In this document: positions 39,176 through 51,812 of the stretch, one piece after another
How positions within the stretch are numbered: the first letter of the stretch is position 1
Layout of the letters: each line of letters starts with the position of its first letter
NCBI RefSeq assembly: GCF_009914755.1
Contig: NC_060926.1
Length of the DNA: 64,000 nucleotides
From: the human T2T-CHM13v2.0 reference genome, Homo sapiens
Strand: one strand, 5' to 3'
Notes under the pieces: generated by a model
Database searches by the model: none
What the model was told of the DNA's origin: nothing
What the model saw: only the letters and a program-made list of their open reading frames with translations
Position numbers and translations under genes: made by a program

Positions 39176-42100
39176 TGTCATTTTGAGAGCCCAGGTCACA
39201 CAAAACTGTGACCTGTTCTGCTGCTGCTGCTGAGGTGAAAGATAGAGGCAACAACCCCCACTATGCAGCAGAGGGGCAGTCACATCCTAAGAACAAATTT
39301 CACTGCCCACAAGGCTGCCACTGTTGACTGCTGTGGGCTAAGGTGCAAGCAAAGGCCACACCCTCTCAGCTGTCTGCCTATGGCTTTTCCCAGGGAAAGC
39401 CACCCCACTTTTTCCAGTAGCAGGACCACACTGGTGCTGCTGCTCTCACCTGAGCATTATGTCAGTGGCCTGGAAACCACTCATCCTTGCCTATCATAGC
39501 CAGCCTTAGCATGCACCCCTTGCAGGCCTAAGGGGACCACCCAGCTTGGCTCCACACCCCTTAGTACCAAAGCACAGTATCCAAGGGTCTGAGGATTGCC
39601 CAGCCCAGTCCACCATGGTGGCACCTGAACACTCCTTCTGAGGTCAGAGGTCAGACACAGTCAACCTGTCACTACTCCCACAGCTGGAACCCACTGTAAG
39701 TGCCACCTGTGGGTCTCGGGACTGACTCATCCACATCACAGCCACCACCAACACCAGTGCAAACTACTTGTATTCCAAAGCATTGTTCCATCACTGCTAT
39801 TGCCATCACTGATGCCACGCCTGCTGCCCAGGGACTTGAGAACCCACACATCCACCAGGCCCACTGCTGTCATTGCTGGCACCTGAGCAAGCTACCTGGA
39901 GGCCCAATAATTGGCCTGCCTGGACCTGCTAACATTGGTGCCAGTGTATGCTAACCTGGAGCCCAAGGACAGGTATGCTAAGCTCACCACTGACACCACT
40001 GGGGCCCTAAGACTGGCATACTGGGTCCTAGACCCCAACAAAACTTCACCACAGTCTTCATTAATAACAAAACCCTAAACTACCAAAGAAATCACAGATG
40101 CCACTGACACTGTTTACAGTATAAGAAATTATATAGAAACTCCACTACTGCACTCACCCAAAATCAAAAGCCAAAGTGTCCTACACAACAAACACCTCAG
40201 ATACACCTTCAGAAAAAGTTCTCTCTTATGAAAGCGAGTTCAAAATATTGAAAGAAATGACTGTTACACTAGATGTGTATATATCAACATAAGGACACAA
40301 GAAACACGAAAAAGCAAAAAACAAACAAACAAAAGACTTGTCCAAAGGGACAAAATAATTCTTCAGCAACAGATTCTAAAAAAAAGAAATTCAAAATATT
40401 GATATCAAAGATGCTCAGTAATATACAAGAGAATTATGAAAAAATAATACAGAGATTTTAAAAATATCATGCCAGGAATGAGAAATATACAAAAAAAGAT
40501 AGATATCAAAAGAATAACCAAACAGAAAATCTAGAAGTAAAAAATATATTGAATAAAAAACAAAATACAAGTGAAAGCTTCAACAGTAGACTAGATCAAG
40601 CAGAAGAGAATCTCAGAAGTCAAAGACAGGTCTTTTGAAATAACCCAGTCAAACTAAAATGAAGAAAAAAAGGAATAAAAAGAAATAGGCAAATTCTATG
40701 TGACATGTGGGAAAACATAAAGTGACCAAACATATGAATTATTGGTGTTCAATAAAGAGAAGTAAAAACAAAAGGATTACAAAACTTGCTTAATGAAATA
40801 ATAGATGAAAATGTGAAGTCTAGCCAGGAATTTAAACATCTATTTACAGGAAGCGAAGAGATCGCCAAACAGATACAATGCACAAAAGTCTGCTTCATAG
40901 TACATTATAGACAAATTATCTAAAGTCAAAGAGAAAGAGGGAATTCTAAAAGCAGCAAGAGAAAAGCATCTAGTTACCTATAAGGGAACTTCCATCAGAC
41001 TATTAGCAAATTTCTCAGCAGAAACCTTACAGGGAAGGAAAGGATGAAATGATATATTAAAAGTGCTGAAAGAAAAAACTTGCCAGCCAAAGATATTGTG
41101 TCCAGATACTATATCCAGCAAAAGTACTCTTTATAAATGAAGAAAAAATAAAGTATTTACTAGACAAGCAAAAGCTTAGGAAATTGAAACCCACCAGACC
41201 AGCTCTAGAATAAATGCCAAAGGGAATCCTAAATCTGGAAGCAAAAGAACCACATCTAGCATCACAAAACCCCACAACACTATAAAACTCACAGATAGCG
41301 CAAAAACACAAATCAGGCAAGGAAAGGACTCAGATGATACCATTATAGTATACCACCAAATCACAATGACAAACAATAAGAAAACAAGAAAGGAATAAAG
41401 AATAACACAAAACAAAGTCCTGGAAACATACAACCTACAAAGAATGAATCAGGAATAAACAAAAAAACCTGAACAGACTAATAACAAGAAATAAGATTGA
41501 ATCAGTAATAAAGTCCTCCAAGAAAGAAAAACTCAAAATTGGATGGATTCACTGCTGCTAAAAGAAAAAAAAGGGGGGATTAGTTTCAATATTCCTCCAA
41601 TTATTTTTTAAAAATTGAAGAGGAGAGAATATTTTCTAACTTGTTCTATGAGGCCACTGTAACTCTGATACCAAAACCCAGACAAGGAAATGACGAAGAA
41701 AACTGTAGGCCAATACCCTTGATGAATGTAGACACAAATATTTCCCAGAAAATAGTAGTAATTGGATATCAACAGCATATCAAAAAGATAATATACCATA
41801 ATGAACTCAGATTTATACCAGTGATGCAAGGATGGTTCAACCTACACAAATCGATAAATGTGATATAACACATCAACAGAACGAAGGGCAAAAACCGTAC
41901 GATGATCTAAATGATGCAGATAAAGCATTTAATAAAATTCAACATCTATTTATGATAAAACCTCTCAACATACTAGGCATAGAAGAAACATGCCTCAAAA
42001 AAATAAAAGTTGTATGTGACCAAACCATAGCTAACATCAGAATGAACAAGGAAAACTTGAAAGCATTTCCTTTAATAACTTGAACAGGATAAGGATGCTC

Positions 42101-43720
42101 ACTTTCACCACACCTATTCAATAAACTATTGGAAGTCCTAGCCAGAACAATCAGGTCAGAGACTAAAATGAAAAAGCATCCAAAATGAGAAAGAAGAAGA
42201 CAAAGTTTCCCTCTTTGCAGATGGCATGATCTTATGTTTAGACAAACCAGAACACTCGACCAAAACCTCTTAGATCCAGAAAACAGATCCCATAAAGTCA
42301 CAAGACACAAAATTAACATGTGAAAGTCAGTATCATTTGTATACACCAATAATAAAATGGTCAAAAAAATTATAAAGGCAATCTCATTTATAATAGCTAC
42401 AAAAAAACCCACCTAGGAATAAATTTAACCAAGATGGTAAAAAATTTCTACAAGAAAAAGCACAAAATACTAATGAAAGAAAGTAAAGAGGACAGAAACA
42501 AATGGAAAACAATCTTATGCTCATGGATCAGAAGAATTAATATCACTAAAATAGCCACACTACCCAAAGAATCTACAGATTCAATGCACTCCCTATAAAA
42601 ATACTAATATGATTTTTTTTTCACCGAAATAGAAAAAAAGAATTCTAAAAGTCTGATGGAATCAAAAAAGTGTCTAAATAGCCAAAGCAATCCTGAGCAG
42701 AAAGGACAAAGTTGAGAGCATCACATTTCAAAATATATTATATGGCTACAGTAACCAAAACAGTATGGTATTAGTACAAAAGCAGGCACATAGACTAATG
42801 AAATAGAATAGAAAATCCAGAAGTAAATCCACATATTTACAGCCAACTAATCTTTAACAAAGCTGTCAGGAACATATGTTGGGGAAAGGATATGGTCTTC
42901 AATAAATGGTGCTGGGAAAACTGGATAACAACATGCAGAAGAATAAAACTGGATTTCTATCTCTCATCATGTATAAAAATCTACTGAAGATAAATTAAAG
43001 ACTTAAATGTAAGACTTGAAAGTACACATCTACTAGAAGGAAACCTAGTGAAAACTCTTGGACATTGGTCTATGCAAAGATTTTATAGCTAAGACCTCAA
43101 AAGCACAGACAACAACAATAAAATAGACAAATGAGACTATATTAAACTAAAAATATCTTGTGCACAGCAAAATAAACAAGCAAGAGAGTGAAGAGACAAC
43201 CTCTTGAGTGTGAGAAAATATCTGAAAACTCATCACACTGGAAACTAATAGCGAGAATATATAAGAAACTCACACAACCTAACAGTAAAACAGAAATAAA
43301 TCCACATTTCTCAAAAGAAGACATACAAATGACCAATAGGTGTATGAAAAAATGCTCAACATTACTAATCATCAGGGAAATGTAACCCGAAATAAGATAT
43401 CATCTTACCTGTTAGAATGACAATTTTTTAAAAAGACAAAACTACAACAGATGTTGATGAGGATGTGGAGAAAAGGGAACTCTTGTACACTATTGGTGGG
43501 AATGTAAGTTAATATAGCCATTATGAAAAACAGTATGGAGATAACTCCAAAACGAAAAGTAGAAGTGCCATATGTTCCAGTGATCCCACTACTGTCTATT
43601 TACCTATAGGAAAAGAAACCAATATATCAAGGGACACACTCCTATGTTTATTGTAGCACTGTTGACAATAGCCAAGATATGGCATTAACCTCAGTGTCAA
43701 TCAACAGTTGAATAAAGAAA

Positions 43721-45215
43721 GCTCTTAGAACTAATAAATAATTCCATAAAGTCACAGGACACAAAATTAACATGTGAAAGTCAGTAGCATTTGTATGCAA
43801 CAATAATAAAATAGTCGAAAAATTATAAAGGCAACCTCATTTACAATAGCCACAAAAAAACTCACCTAGGAATAAATTTAACCAAGGTGGTAAAAAAATT
43901 CTACAAGAAAAAGCATAAAATACTAATGAAAGAAAGTAAAGAGGATGGAAACAAATAGTCTTCAACAAATCATACAAAGCGTAAGTTAGGTAAAGGACAC
44001 CATATTCAGTAAATAGTGCTAGGAAAATTTGATAGCTACATGTAGAAGAATGAAATTGGATCCCTATTTCTCACCAATACAAAAATTAACTCAGGATGGA
44101 TTAAAGACTTAAATCTAAGACCTGAAACCACAAAAATTCTAGAAGAAAACCTAGGAAGAACTTTTCTGGACATGGCCTAAGCAAAGGATTTATGACCAAG
44201 ACCCCAAAAGCAAATGCAACAATAACAAAAATAAATAAATAGGACCTAATTAAACTAAAAAGCTTCTGTACAGCAAAATAAAAAAACATCAAAGTAAATA
44301 GAAAACCTACAGATTGGGAGAAAATATTTGCAAATTATGCATCTAACAAAAGACTGATATCTAAATTCTACAAGGAACTCAAATCAGCAAGGAAAAAACA
44401 AATAATGCCATTAAAAAGTGGGCAAATGATATGAATAGACATATCTCAAAAGAAGATATTCAAATGGCCAACAAATCATCAGTAATCATCAGGGAAATGC
44501 AAATTGAAACCACAATGAGATACCACCTTCCCCCAGACATAATGGCCATTATTAAAAAGTCAAAAAACAATAGATATTGGCATGGATGTGGTGAAAGGGA
44601 ATGCTTTTACATTGCTGGTGGGCATGTAAATTAGTATAACCTCTGTGGAAAACAGTGTGGAGATTTCCCTCAGAAATGAAAGTAGATCTACCACTGCTGG
44701 GTATCTACCCAAAGGAAAAGATGTCACTACATCAAAAAGACACCTGCACACACGTTTATATCAGCACAATTCACAGTTGCAAAGATATGGAATCAAGCTA
44801 AGTGCCTATCAGTCGATGAGTGGATAAAGAAATTTGGTGTATATACAGCATGGACTACTACTCAGCCATAAAAAAGAATGAAATAATGTATTTTGCATCC
44901 ACTTGGATGAAATTGGAGGCAATTATTCTAACTGAAATAACTCAATAATCAAAAAACCAAATACCACATGATCTCGCTTACAAGCGGGAGCCAAGCTGTG
45001 AGAGTATGCAAAGGCATACAGAGTGGTATAATGGACACTGGAGTCTCAGAATGGGGGAGGGTAGGAGGGGAGTGAGGGATGAAAAACTACCTATTGGGCA
45101 CATTGTACACTACTCAGGCGACTGGTACACTAAAATTCCAGACTTCACCTCTACACAGTTCATCCACGTAACCAAAAACCACTTATACCCTGAAAGCTAC
45201 AGAAATAAAATTTTA
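43721..45215 (+). mobile_element. 5'-truncated L1PB (L1PB2-like) nested near the 3' end of the L1MA4
   Basis: 3'UTR gcaaaggcatacagagtggtataatggaca...ccagacttcacc...gtaaccaaaaaccactt; host L1 breaks at ...aataaagaaa (43720) and resumes at gaaaatgtggtatata (45225). Confidence 0.82.
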
Positions 45216-46146
45216 ACAGAGAGAGAAAATGTGGTATATATAAACAATGGAATACTATTCATTCAAAAACAAGAAAGAGATCATGTTTTTTTGTAGCAAA
45301 ATGGATGGAACTGGAGTCATTATGTTAACTAAAATAAGCAAAGCACAGAAAGACAAATATCACATGCTCTTACTCATATGTGTGAACTAAAAAGTTGCTC
45401 ACATGGAGACAGAGGTGGAATGACTAATACGAGAGACTGGGAAGGGTGTACAGGTGGTAGGAGGGAGTAATGAAGAGAGTTTGCTTAACTGGACAAACAT
45501 TGAATCAGAAGAAGTAAATTCTAAAGTTTGATAGCAGAGTTGGGTGGCTATAGTTAACAACAATGTATTGTATTTTTCAAAATGGCCAGCAGCGAGGACT
45601 TCAAATATACTCAACAGATAGAAATGATAAATACCTGGTTTATGAATACTTAAATAACCTGAACTGACCATTACACATTCTATGCATATAACAAATTTCA
45701 CATGTACCCCATTAACATCTACAAATACTATGTATCAAAAATAAAAAATAATGAAATAATAAAGTATGAAAAATTGGTTCTTTGAGGCAGTAATGACTTA
45801 TAGTAGGCTAGTATCAGTGAAAATTTAAGGACGTAGTGGACTTAAGTTATTTGAAGGAATCCCCATGAAACAGGATAATAAGGTAGATGAGCTATCTTTG
45901 GCTCCACATAATAAACTGTATTTTGTCACAAAAGTCGATATTAAAAGTTTCCATTAAGTCAAACTACTGTTTAATGTTCACATATAGAAACTTTGCATAA
46001 CTGTTTCTATAACTTTGGGTCAGATAATTTTATGACAATCCTTTAAAATTCATGTATTTGGATTCAAAGCAGCTACTGCTTCTTTTCTATTTACTGTTTT
46101 GGAAACATAAAAGAATTAAAATATAATTTTTTAAAATATCAAGGGC

Positions 46147-46340
46147 TTTTGTTTTTGTTGTTTTTGTTTTGTTATGTTTTGTTTCAGAGTCCGGGTTTGG
46201 GGTTTTGCTTTGTTGCCCAGGCTGGAATGCAGTGGCACAATCATGGCTTACTGTAGCTTTGTACTCCTGGGCCCAAGTGATCCTCCTGTATCAGCCTCAG
46301 AAGTAGTTGGGACTACAGGCATGTGCCACTATGCCCAGCT
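46147..46340 (-). mobile_element. FRAM / AluJ right monomer
   Basis: GTTTT-type tail; tgcccaggctggaatgcagtggcacaatcatggct...gggactacaggcatgtgccact; TSD-like AAAATA(T/C)CAAG. Confidence 0.8.
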
Positions 46341-47134
46341 AAAAATACCAAGTTTCTAAATCATGAAAAAACAATCCATATTTCAAATGTGATGCTTCCA
46401 TATTTTGAAGACTTCTTTTTTTATTTTAAATGGTTCTATTTTAATACTGCCAATCTTCAGATTTTTGTATTTTGAAATTTTTCATACTTTGTGCAGGAAA
46501 CAGAAGTGAAAGTTTGAAAAATATAAATTTTAAGAAGAAAAATAAAATGTTAAAGATTTCTGCCTTGTGCCCTGCTTAGTTCAACATACACAAAGATAAA
46601 TACGAATGCATTCTCTCTCTCTCTCTCTCTCCCCCCCACTATCTCTATCTGTCTTCATGCAAAAACTTCCAAAATTCCAGTTAAGAGGATGTTTCAAGGG
46701 AATACATGAGATGAGCTGACAGATCTACTAGAATATCCATTTCTAATAAATGTATACAAAGTGGTCTCCTGAGAAATATTTTCAGGATCCATTTGGCCTG
46801 GAATTATGAATTATTTTGATAAATATCTCTACTTAGTGAGATTCATTGAGTCAGTATGTTGCTTCAGCTTTTGTTATTTAAAATTAACCATTTTATTCCA
46901 AATTGCAGTCTAAAATTCTAAAATCATTCTAATGTAAAATTCAATTGTTTTGGCTACCAGAAGTTTCAACAGTCTTCCATTTAATTAAAATTTGTATATA
47001 GACACATGTATTTTCAGCATAGCATACCAGCTAACTGCTTGAAGGAATCTCAAGTAGCAGTACCAATTACTTCACCAAATCAAATAATAATCTGCTGAAA
47101 ACCAAAAATAACCACATAAGTAATGAGATAAATT

Positions 47135-47277
47135 GCAAAATTGGCCACAGTCTTTCTTCCCTCCCTTTGCACTGTGACTTTGGTGATCTATCTTCCCAAA
47201 AAGACATGGAGTCTATTTCTCACTCTTTGAATCTGACTGGGTGTGGGCACTTGCTTTGGTAATAAGAATGCAGCAGA
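47135..47277 (+). mobile_element. MLT1 (F/G/H-like) LTR 5' fragment
   Basis: ccctttgcactgtgactttg...tggagtctatttctcactctttgaatctg...acttgctttgg...aatgcagcaga. Confidence 0.6.
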
Positions 47278-47487
47278 TTGCAAAAATTTTCTCCCACTCT
47301 GTAGGTTGCCTGTTCGCTCTGATGATAGTTTCTTTTGCTGTGCAGAAGCTTTTTGGTTTAATTAGATCCCATTTGTCAATGTTTGTTTTTGTTGCAATTG
47401 CTTTCGGCAACTCTTTCATGAAACCTTTGTTGCAGCCTATGTCCAGAATGGTATTTCCTAGGTTGACTTCAAGGGTTTTATAGTTTA
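47278..47487 (-). mobile_element. Internal L1PA ORF2 fragment (no poly-A, no TSD)
   Basis: ORF 47213-47419: [43 protein letters not shown]. Confidence 0.9.
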
Positions 47488-47789
47488 TGGATTGTCCTGT
47501 GTCATGGGGGTTCCATCCTCCAAATAATTTAAGTCCACTAAATTTGTTAGAAATTATATGTTTCTGATCTTATTTACATAGCAAAATTTCTATGTAAAAA
47601 CAAAGTTTTTACTTCTCAATAGTGATCGTTATTGTTCCTCTTTGAATAACTTACAAAGGATGTAATTATAAATTACATAAAATATAGACCAATTGTTTTT
47701 ATTTAAGTGATGTCCACATTTTATAGAGAATGGCAATATTGTTTCTTCAGTTTAGATAACTCCATCTAATCAAATAGTAGATAAACACA

Positions 47790-48010
47790 CGGATAGGAAT
47801 GATATAACAGGTTCTAATCCTAGTTCTAACAAAGACAAACTAAGGTAATAGTCAATTTCTTTTCCCTCTGTTGTCTCATTCATGAAGGAAAGAGAATGAA
47901 GGCTCCTCACTAGTCTTTGAGGGTGGCTGTCAGGATAAGGTGAAATGGTACATCTTCAAGTACTTCAAAAAGCATAAAGCGCTATGTAAATGTAAGGTAA
48001 TATCATTATT
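47790..48010 (+). mobile_element. MIR (MIRb/c)
   Basis: ggttctaatcctagttct...gggtggctgtcaggat...taaagcgctatgtaaatgtaaggtaatatcattatt. Confidence 0.6.
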
Positions 48011-48832
48011 ACATCAGGAGAATAGACTCTCCTAGGCTGCATAAATAAAGAGAGACAGGAGAGTTAGTCCCTACTTAAAAATTAATCACTTTAGTGCAAT
48101 ACAAAAAGCACTTTCTTGCTCTCCCTGGGAAGTTGAGGGGAGATCCTCTGGTGGGCCCTCCATGCATTTCACAATAAATCTTGCATTTCATTAATCAACT
48201 ATGGGCATTTAAAAAGGCCACCTGTGTTCTAGTTGTTGCTTAAAATGAAAAATGCTGCCCTAGGTGACTACTTTCTGATTAATCTGGATATTTACTGCAC
48301 TACTTCTCACATTATCATCAATCCACACAAATATCTAAAGTCAAAAGAGGCTTATAAAAATATTATGCTCAGTAAAGACAACAAGGGGAATGGAGTGGCA
48401 GAGAGATAGACAGAAGTAGAGGCATAGAAAAAGATGAGGGGGAGATAAGTGTCTGGAGGAGTAGAATCTTCAAATGCATTTCTTCTGGCAAATCATGATT
48501 TTTTTAGGAGAAAATCAGATAACCCCTTGTTAACTTTGTGAACTTCATAATGACTAGATCTGTTTATTATTCCTTGGTAGATCTACTTACCTCAGAATGA
48601 AGTCCTGATAAAATGAGAGTTTTAGGTATCATGTCCACATGGACCATTTTTCTTTGTCTTATAATATGGCTTCACACTGAGCAGGGCCTCTAACCCCAAC
48701 CAGCTATGGTAAGAGTATGTGGTATGAGTCCCAGTGGACTCATAGTGGAATAATAAGGCCTATAGTGGAATAAGCAGTCATATAAAACAGCTATGAAGTC
48801 TGTAAGACCTGAAGGTTGTGCTGTCACTTATA

Positions 48833-49044
48833 TTCTCTCTCTTGTTCTCTCCTCCCTCCTCTCTCTTTTGCCTCCCTCACTCCCCTCCCTCCCCTCTTCC
48901 TTCCTTCTTTCCTTCCTTCCTTCCTTCCTTCCCTTCCTTCCCTTCCCTCCCCTCCCCTTCTCCTTCCTTCCTTCCTTTCCTTCCTTCCTTCTTTTCTTTT
49001 CTTTCCTTTCTTTCTCTTTTTTTCCTTTTCTTTTTCTTCATTTC
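48833..49044. repeat. ~210-bp polypyrimidine (CCTT/CT-rich) tract continuous with an Alu tail
   Basis: Direct reading. Confidence 0.9.
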
Positions 49045-49317
49045 AGTCTTGCTCTGTCCCTCAGGCTGGAGTACAGTGGTGCAATCTGGGCTCACTGCAA
49101 CCTCCCACTTCGGGCTCGAGAAATTCTCCTGCCTCAGCCTCCCAAGTAGCTGGGACTACAGACGTGCACCACCACACACAGCTAATTTTTGTATTTTTAG
49201 TAGGGGCAGGGTATCACTATGTTGGTCAGCTCGTCTTTAACTCCTGACCTCAAGTGATCTGCCCGCCTTGGCCTCCCAAAGTGCTGGGATTACAGGTGTG
49301 AGCCACTACACCCGGCC
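49045..49317 (-). mobile_element. AluSx/Sz-like element
   Basis: Full dimer ending ...cctgacctcaagtgatctgcccgccttggcctcccaaagtgctgggattacaggtgtgagccactacacccggcc. Confidence 0.93.
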
Positions 49318-51669
49318 CCTCACCTTTCTTCCCCTTCCTCCCAATCCCTTCCTCCCAGCTCACTAATGCTCAAGATTCCTTGATTCCCTTTACAGAGGCT
49401 AATCTTTTGGGACACAGTTAAAATAATACTTCAAATTAAAATGCCCCTGAGAAAGTTAAGAGAAATTCATTCTAACAATTGCTTAAGTGATCACTAATAA
49501 CTCCTTCTTGAAAGCAGGAGGCAGACAGGAGATTGTTAGGTATCCTGATGGGGAATTGAGAGAAGGACAATGACAGTAAAAGAATGTCGCCAATTTTTAT
49601 TTCAAAGATGGACTTAAGAGACTTCACTGTTTGGGCAAGACATTACCCTACCTAGGCGGTGATATGGTTGGATCAAATAAAACAATTTCCAGTATAGAAA
49701 CAGCAAGTTGAAGGGAGTGTGCTGCCAATGGTGGATCTCTCTAGCCATTTTGGTGGAGAGCACCACGTGAAGTTTAGCAGCTTCTGGTAGGTGATTTACT
49801 GTCCAGTCATTGCATGGCATAGACTCAGCCCGCACCCTTGAAATCCAATTGATTAAAAGTTTGCCTTCAGTTACACAGAGTACTTTCAATTCATTTCATG
49901 AAGGAATCAGAGCTGGAGAAAGGAAAAGTCAAATCATAAATTGGTCTAAAAAGTTAAATCACCAGCAGAAGATTAAAAGAAGTAGAAGAGAAGGTCCTCT
50001 GAGGACATGTGGTGTGAAATGATCTGGAACAGATCTTCTTACTCACAATAACCAATTACTGTCTACACTGCACTCTTCCAGCAGATAGTATCAGCAATTG
50101 CAGTTACTACAGGATTCAATCATTTCAGCAGAGACACCAGGATGTGCAATGGGTACTGATTATGGTCGGCATGTGAATGGAATACTCTTCTCACACATGA
50201 CTAAAGATCAATTCCAAATTCAAGGTGCGTAGGTCCTTGGAAATGAATCAAAAGCAAACAAAAACTTCCATCTTTGCTAAAATTTTGATAACTGTACCAC
50301 ATCTATCATTTCTTGTGGCAGCTCTGACAGCAGCCAATTAGAAGAAAACTCTCGCTTTCCTATTTAGTGCATCTGAGGAGTAATCTGAAGGGTAATTACA
50401 CAAGCCCTATGGTGAAAGTTTAGCTAATGAGCTTCTTCTGCAGAGTAAAAAATTTATTATTTTGCTTGTGGCAAGGTCTCAATATGAAATCAAAAAATTA
50501 ATCCCATGTATTCTGTGGTTGAATTAATATAATCATTTGAAACTGTAATTCTGCCTGTGAAAGAAATAGCCCCTTTTCATTCATGTCTTGTGATATTTTG
50601 CCATTTTTAAAATTTAGCTTCACACTACAACTTTATGTAAAGCAGAGACTTTGGAGTAATATATTGACTGTCACTGCACTTCAAAAAGGGAATGATTAAA
50701 ATAGACCCCAAAGAATTAATCATCTCTGCCTGCAATAAAATCTTACATATGATTTTTGGTGTATACTGACATACTTTGAACGACATCAGAAAGTTCACCT
50801 GACAGAAAATAAGCAATATTTCTCATTAGATAAGTTTTAAAAAAAGATTTTGGAGATAAAAATTTGTTTACTTCATCTTCAGTCACTTTGATTCTATTAC
50901 TTATTCTTCTTTATAATTCATATAGAAAAACTGGTTTATCTTAAAACCTGATTTCATTTGACATATAGATAACATTGAATATAAAAGGCACTTTGGTCTG
51001 ATTGGAAAAGTAAGAAGTTAGAAGATAAACCTACATCCTAAAGTTGGAAAGTTTCAAAAGAAAATAATAGAATGTTCTTGGGCTTCAAATGCTTCATCTG
51101 ATAAATGAGAATAATAATACCAAAATTACTGTGGAAGGTAAATGACAAAAATTTCAAAACATATTTTAAAGTTAAATGTGCAATATGAGTGCTGATAACA
51201 TAGTATTTTTACTATTTAATGAAACAGTATTTTTATGAAAAATGCAAAAAAGTATTCATGTTTTTATTTTATAACTGGAACATGCTTCGTGCTGGAGTTT
51301 ACTAGTTAACTATAATCAATAATAAAAACATGTACGGGCTCTGCATTTATATATTATGTAAGAAAGAATTCTTTTAATAATTTGCATGCCACAATTATAC
51401 TCTGAAAAATTAAAAAAAACACAATTTTACCAAGCTGTTCGTGTTTTAATTAGACAAAATATGGACACCTTAGCCAATGGCAGTAATCATCAAGTTTGCC
51501 AAAGGCCTATGGGAAATCTCACATTGGAATTGTTTCCATGGGAAGTTTCTCTATGTTAGATATTAACAGACCCATCAATCCAATCTTGTAAAGAACTTGA
51601 CATGACTTACGAAGAAATGGTCACAGAATGGTGACATGGAAGCTGAAGTACCCACTAAATGATGTCCAT

Positions 51670-51812
51670 AGAAGGAGGGAAGGAACAGAAATAATGGGAA
51701 GGAAAGGGAAGCAACGGAAGGGAGGAAGGAAGGAAGGAAAGAAAGGAGGGAGGGAGAAAGGGAGGAGGGAAAGGAGGAAGGGAGGGAGGGAGAGAGGAAG
51801 AAGGAAAAAATA
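51670..51812. repeat. Polypurine (GGAA/GGAG) low-complexity tract
   Basis: Direct reading. Confidence 0.85.

Larger units (their letters stand above)
38591..45759 (+). mobile_element. L1MA4-like LINE-1 retaining 5'UTR, ORF1, partial ORF2 and 3'UTR; TSD TAAAGTATG(G/A)A (38580-38590 / 45760-45770)
   Basis: ggagcttcaaaatagctgactagatgcatctgg 5' end; ORF1-type ttctaaaagcagcaagagaaaag; RT FYEATVTLIPKP...GWFNLHKSINVI, LFADGMI; L1MA-type 3'UTR and A-tail; TTTT/AA target. Confidence 0.88.

Noticed and set aside
48793-49247. 118-143-aa hydrophobic ORFs
   Set aside because: Polypyrimidine tract plus antisense Alu
50081-50224. Possible plus-strand exon (ctcttccag acceptor, AAG/gtgcgt donor)
   Set aside because: Stops in all three frames and weak sites; a non-coding exon cannot be supported without transcript data
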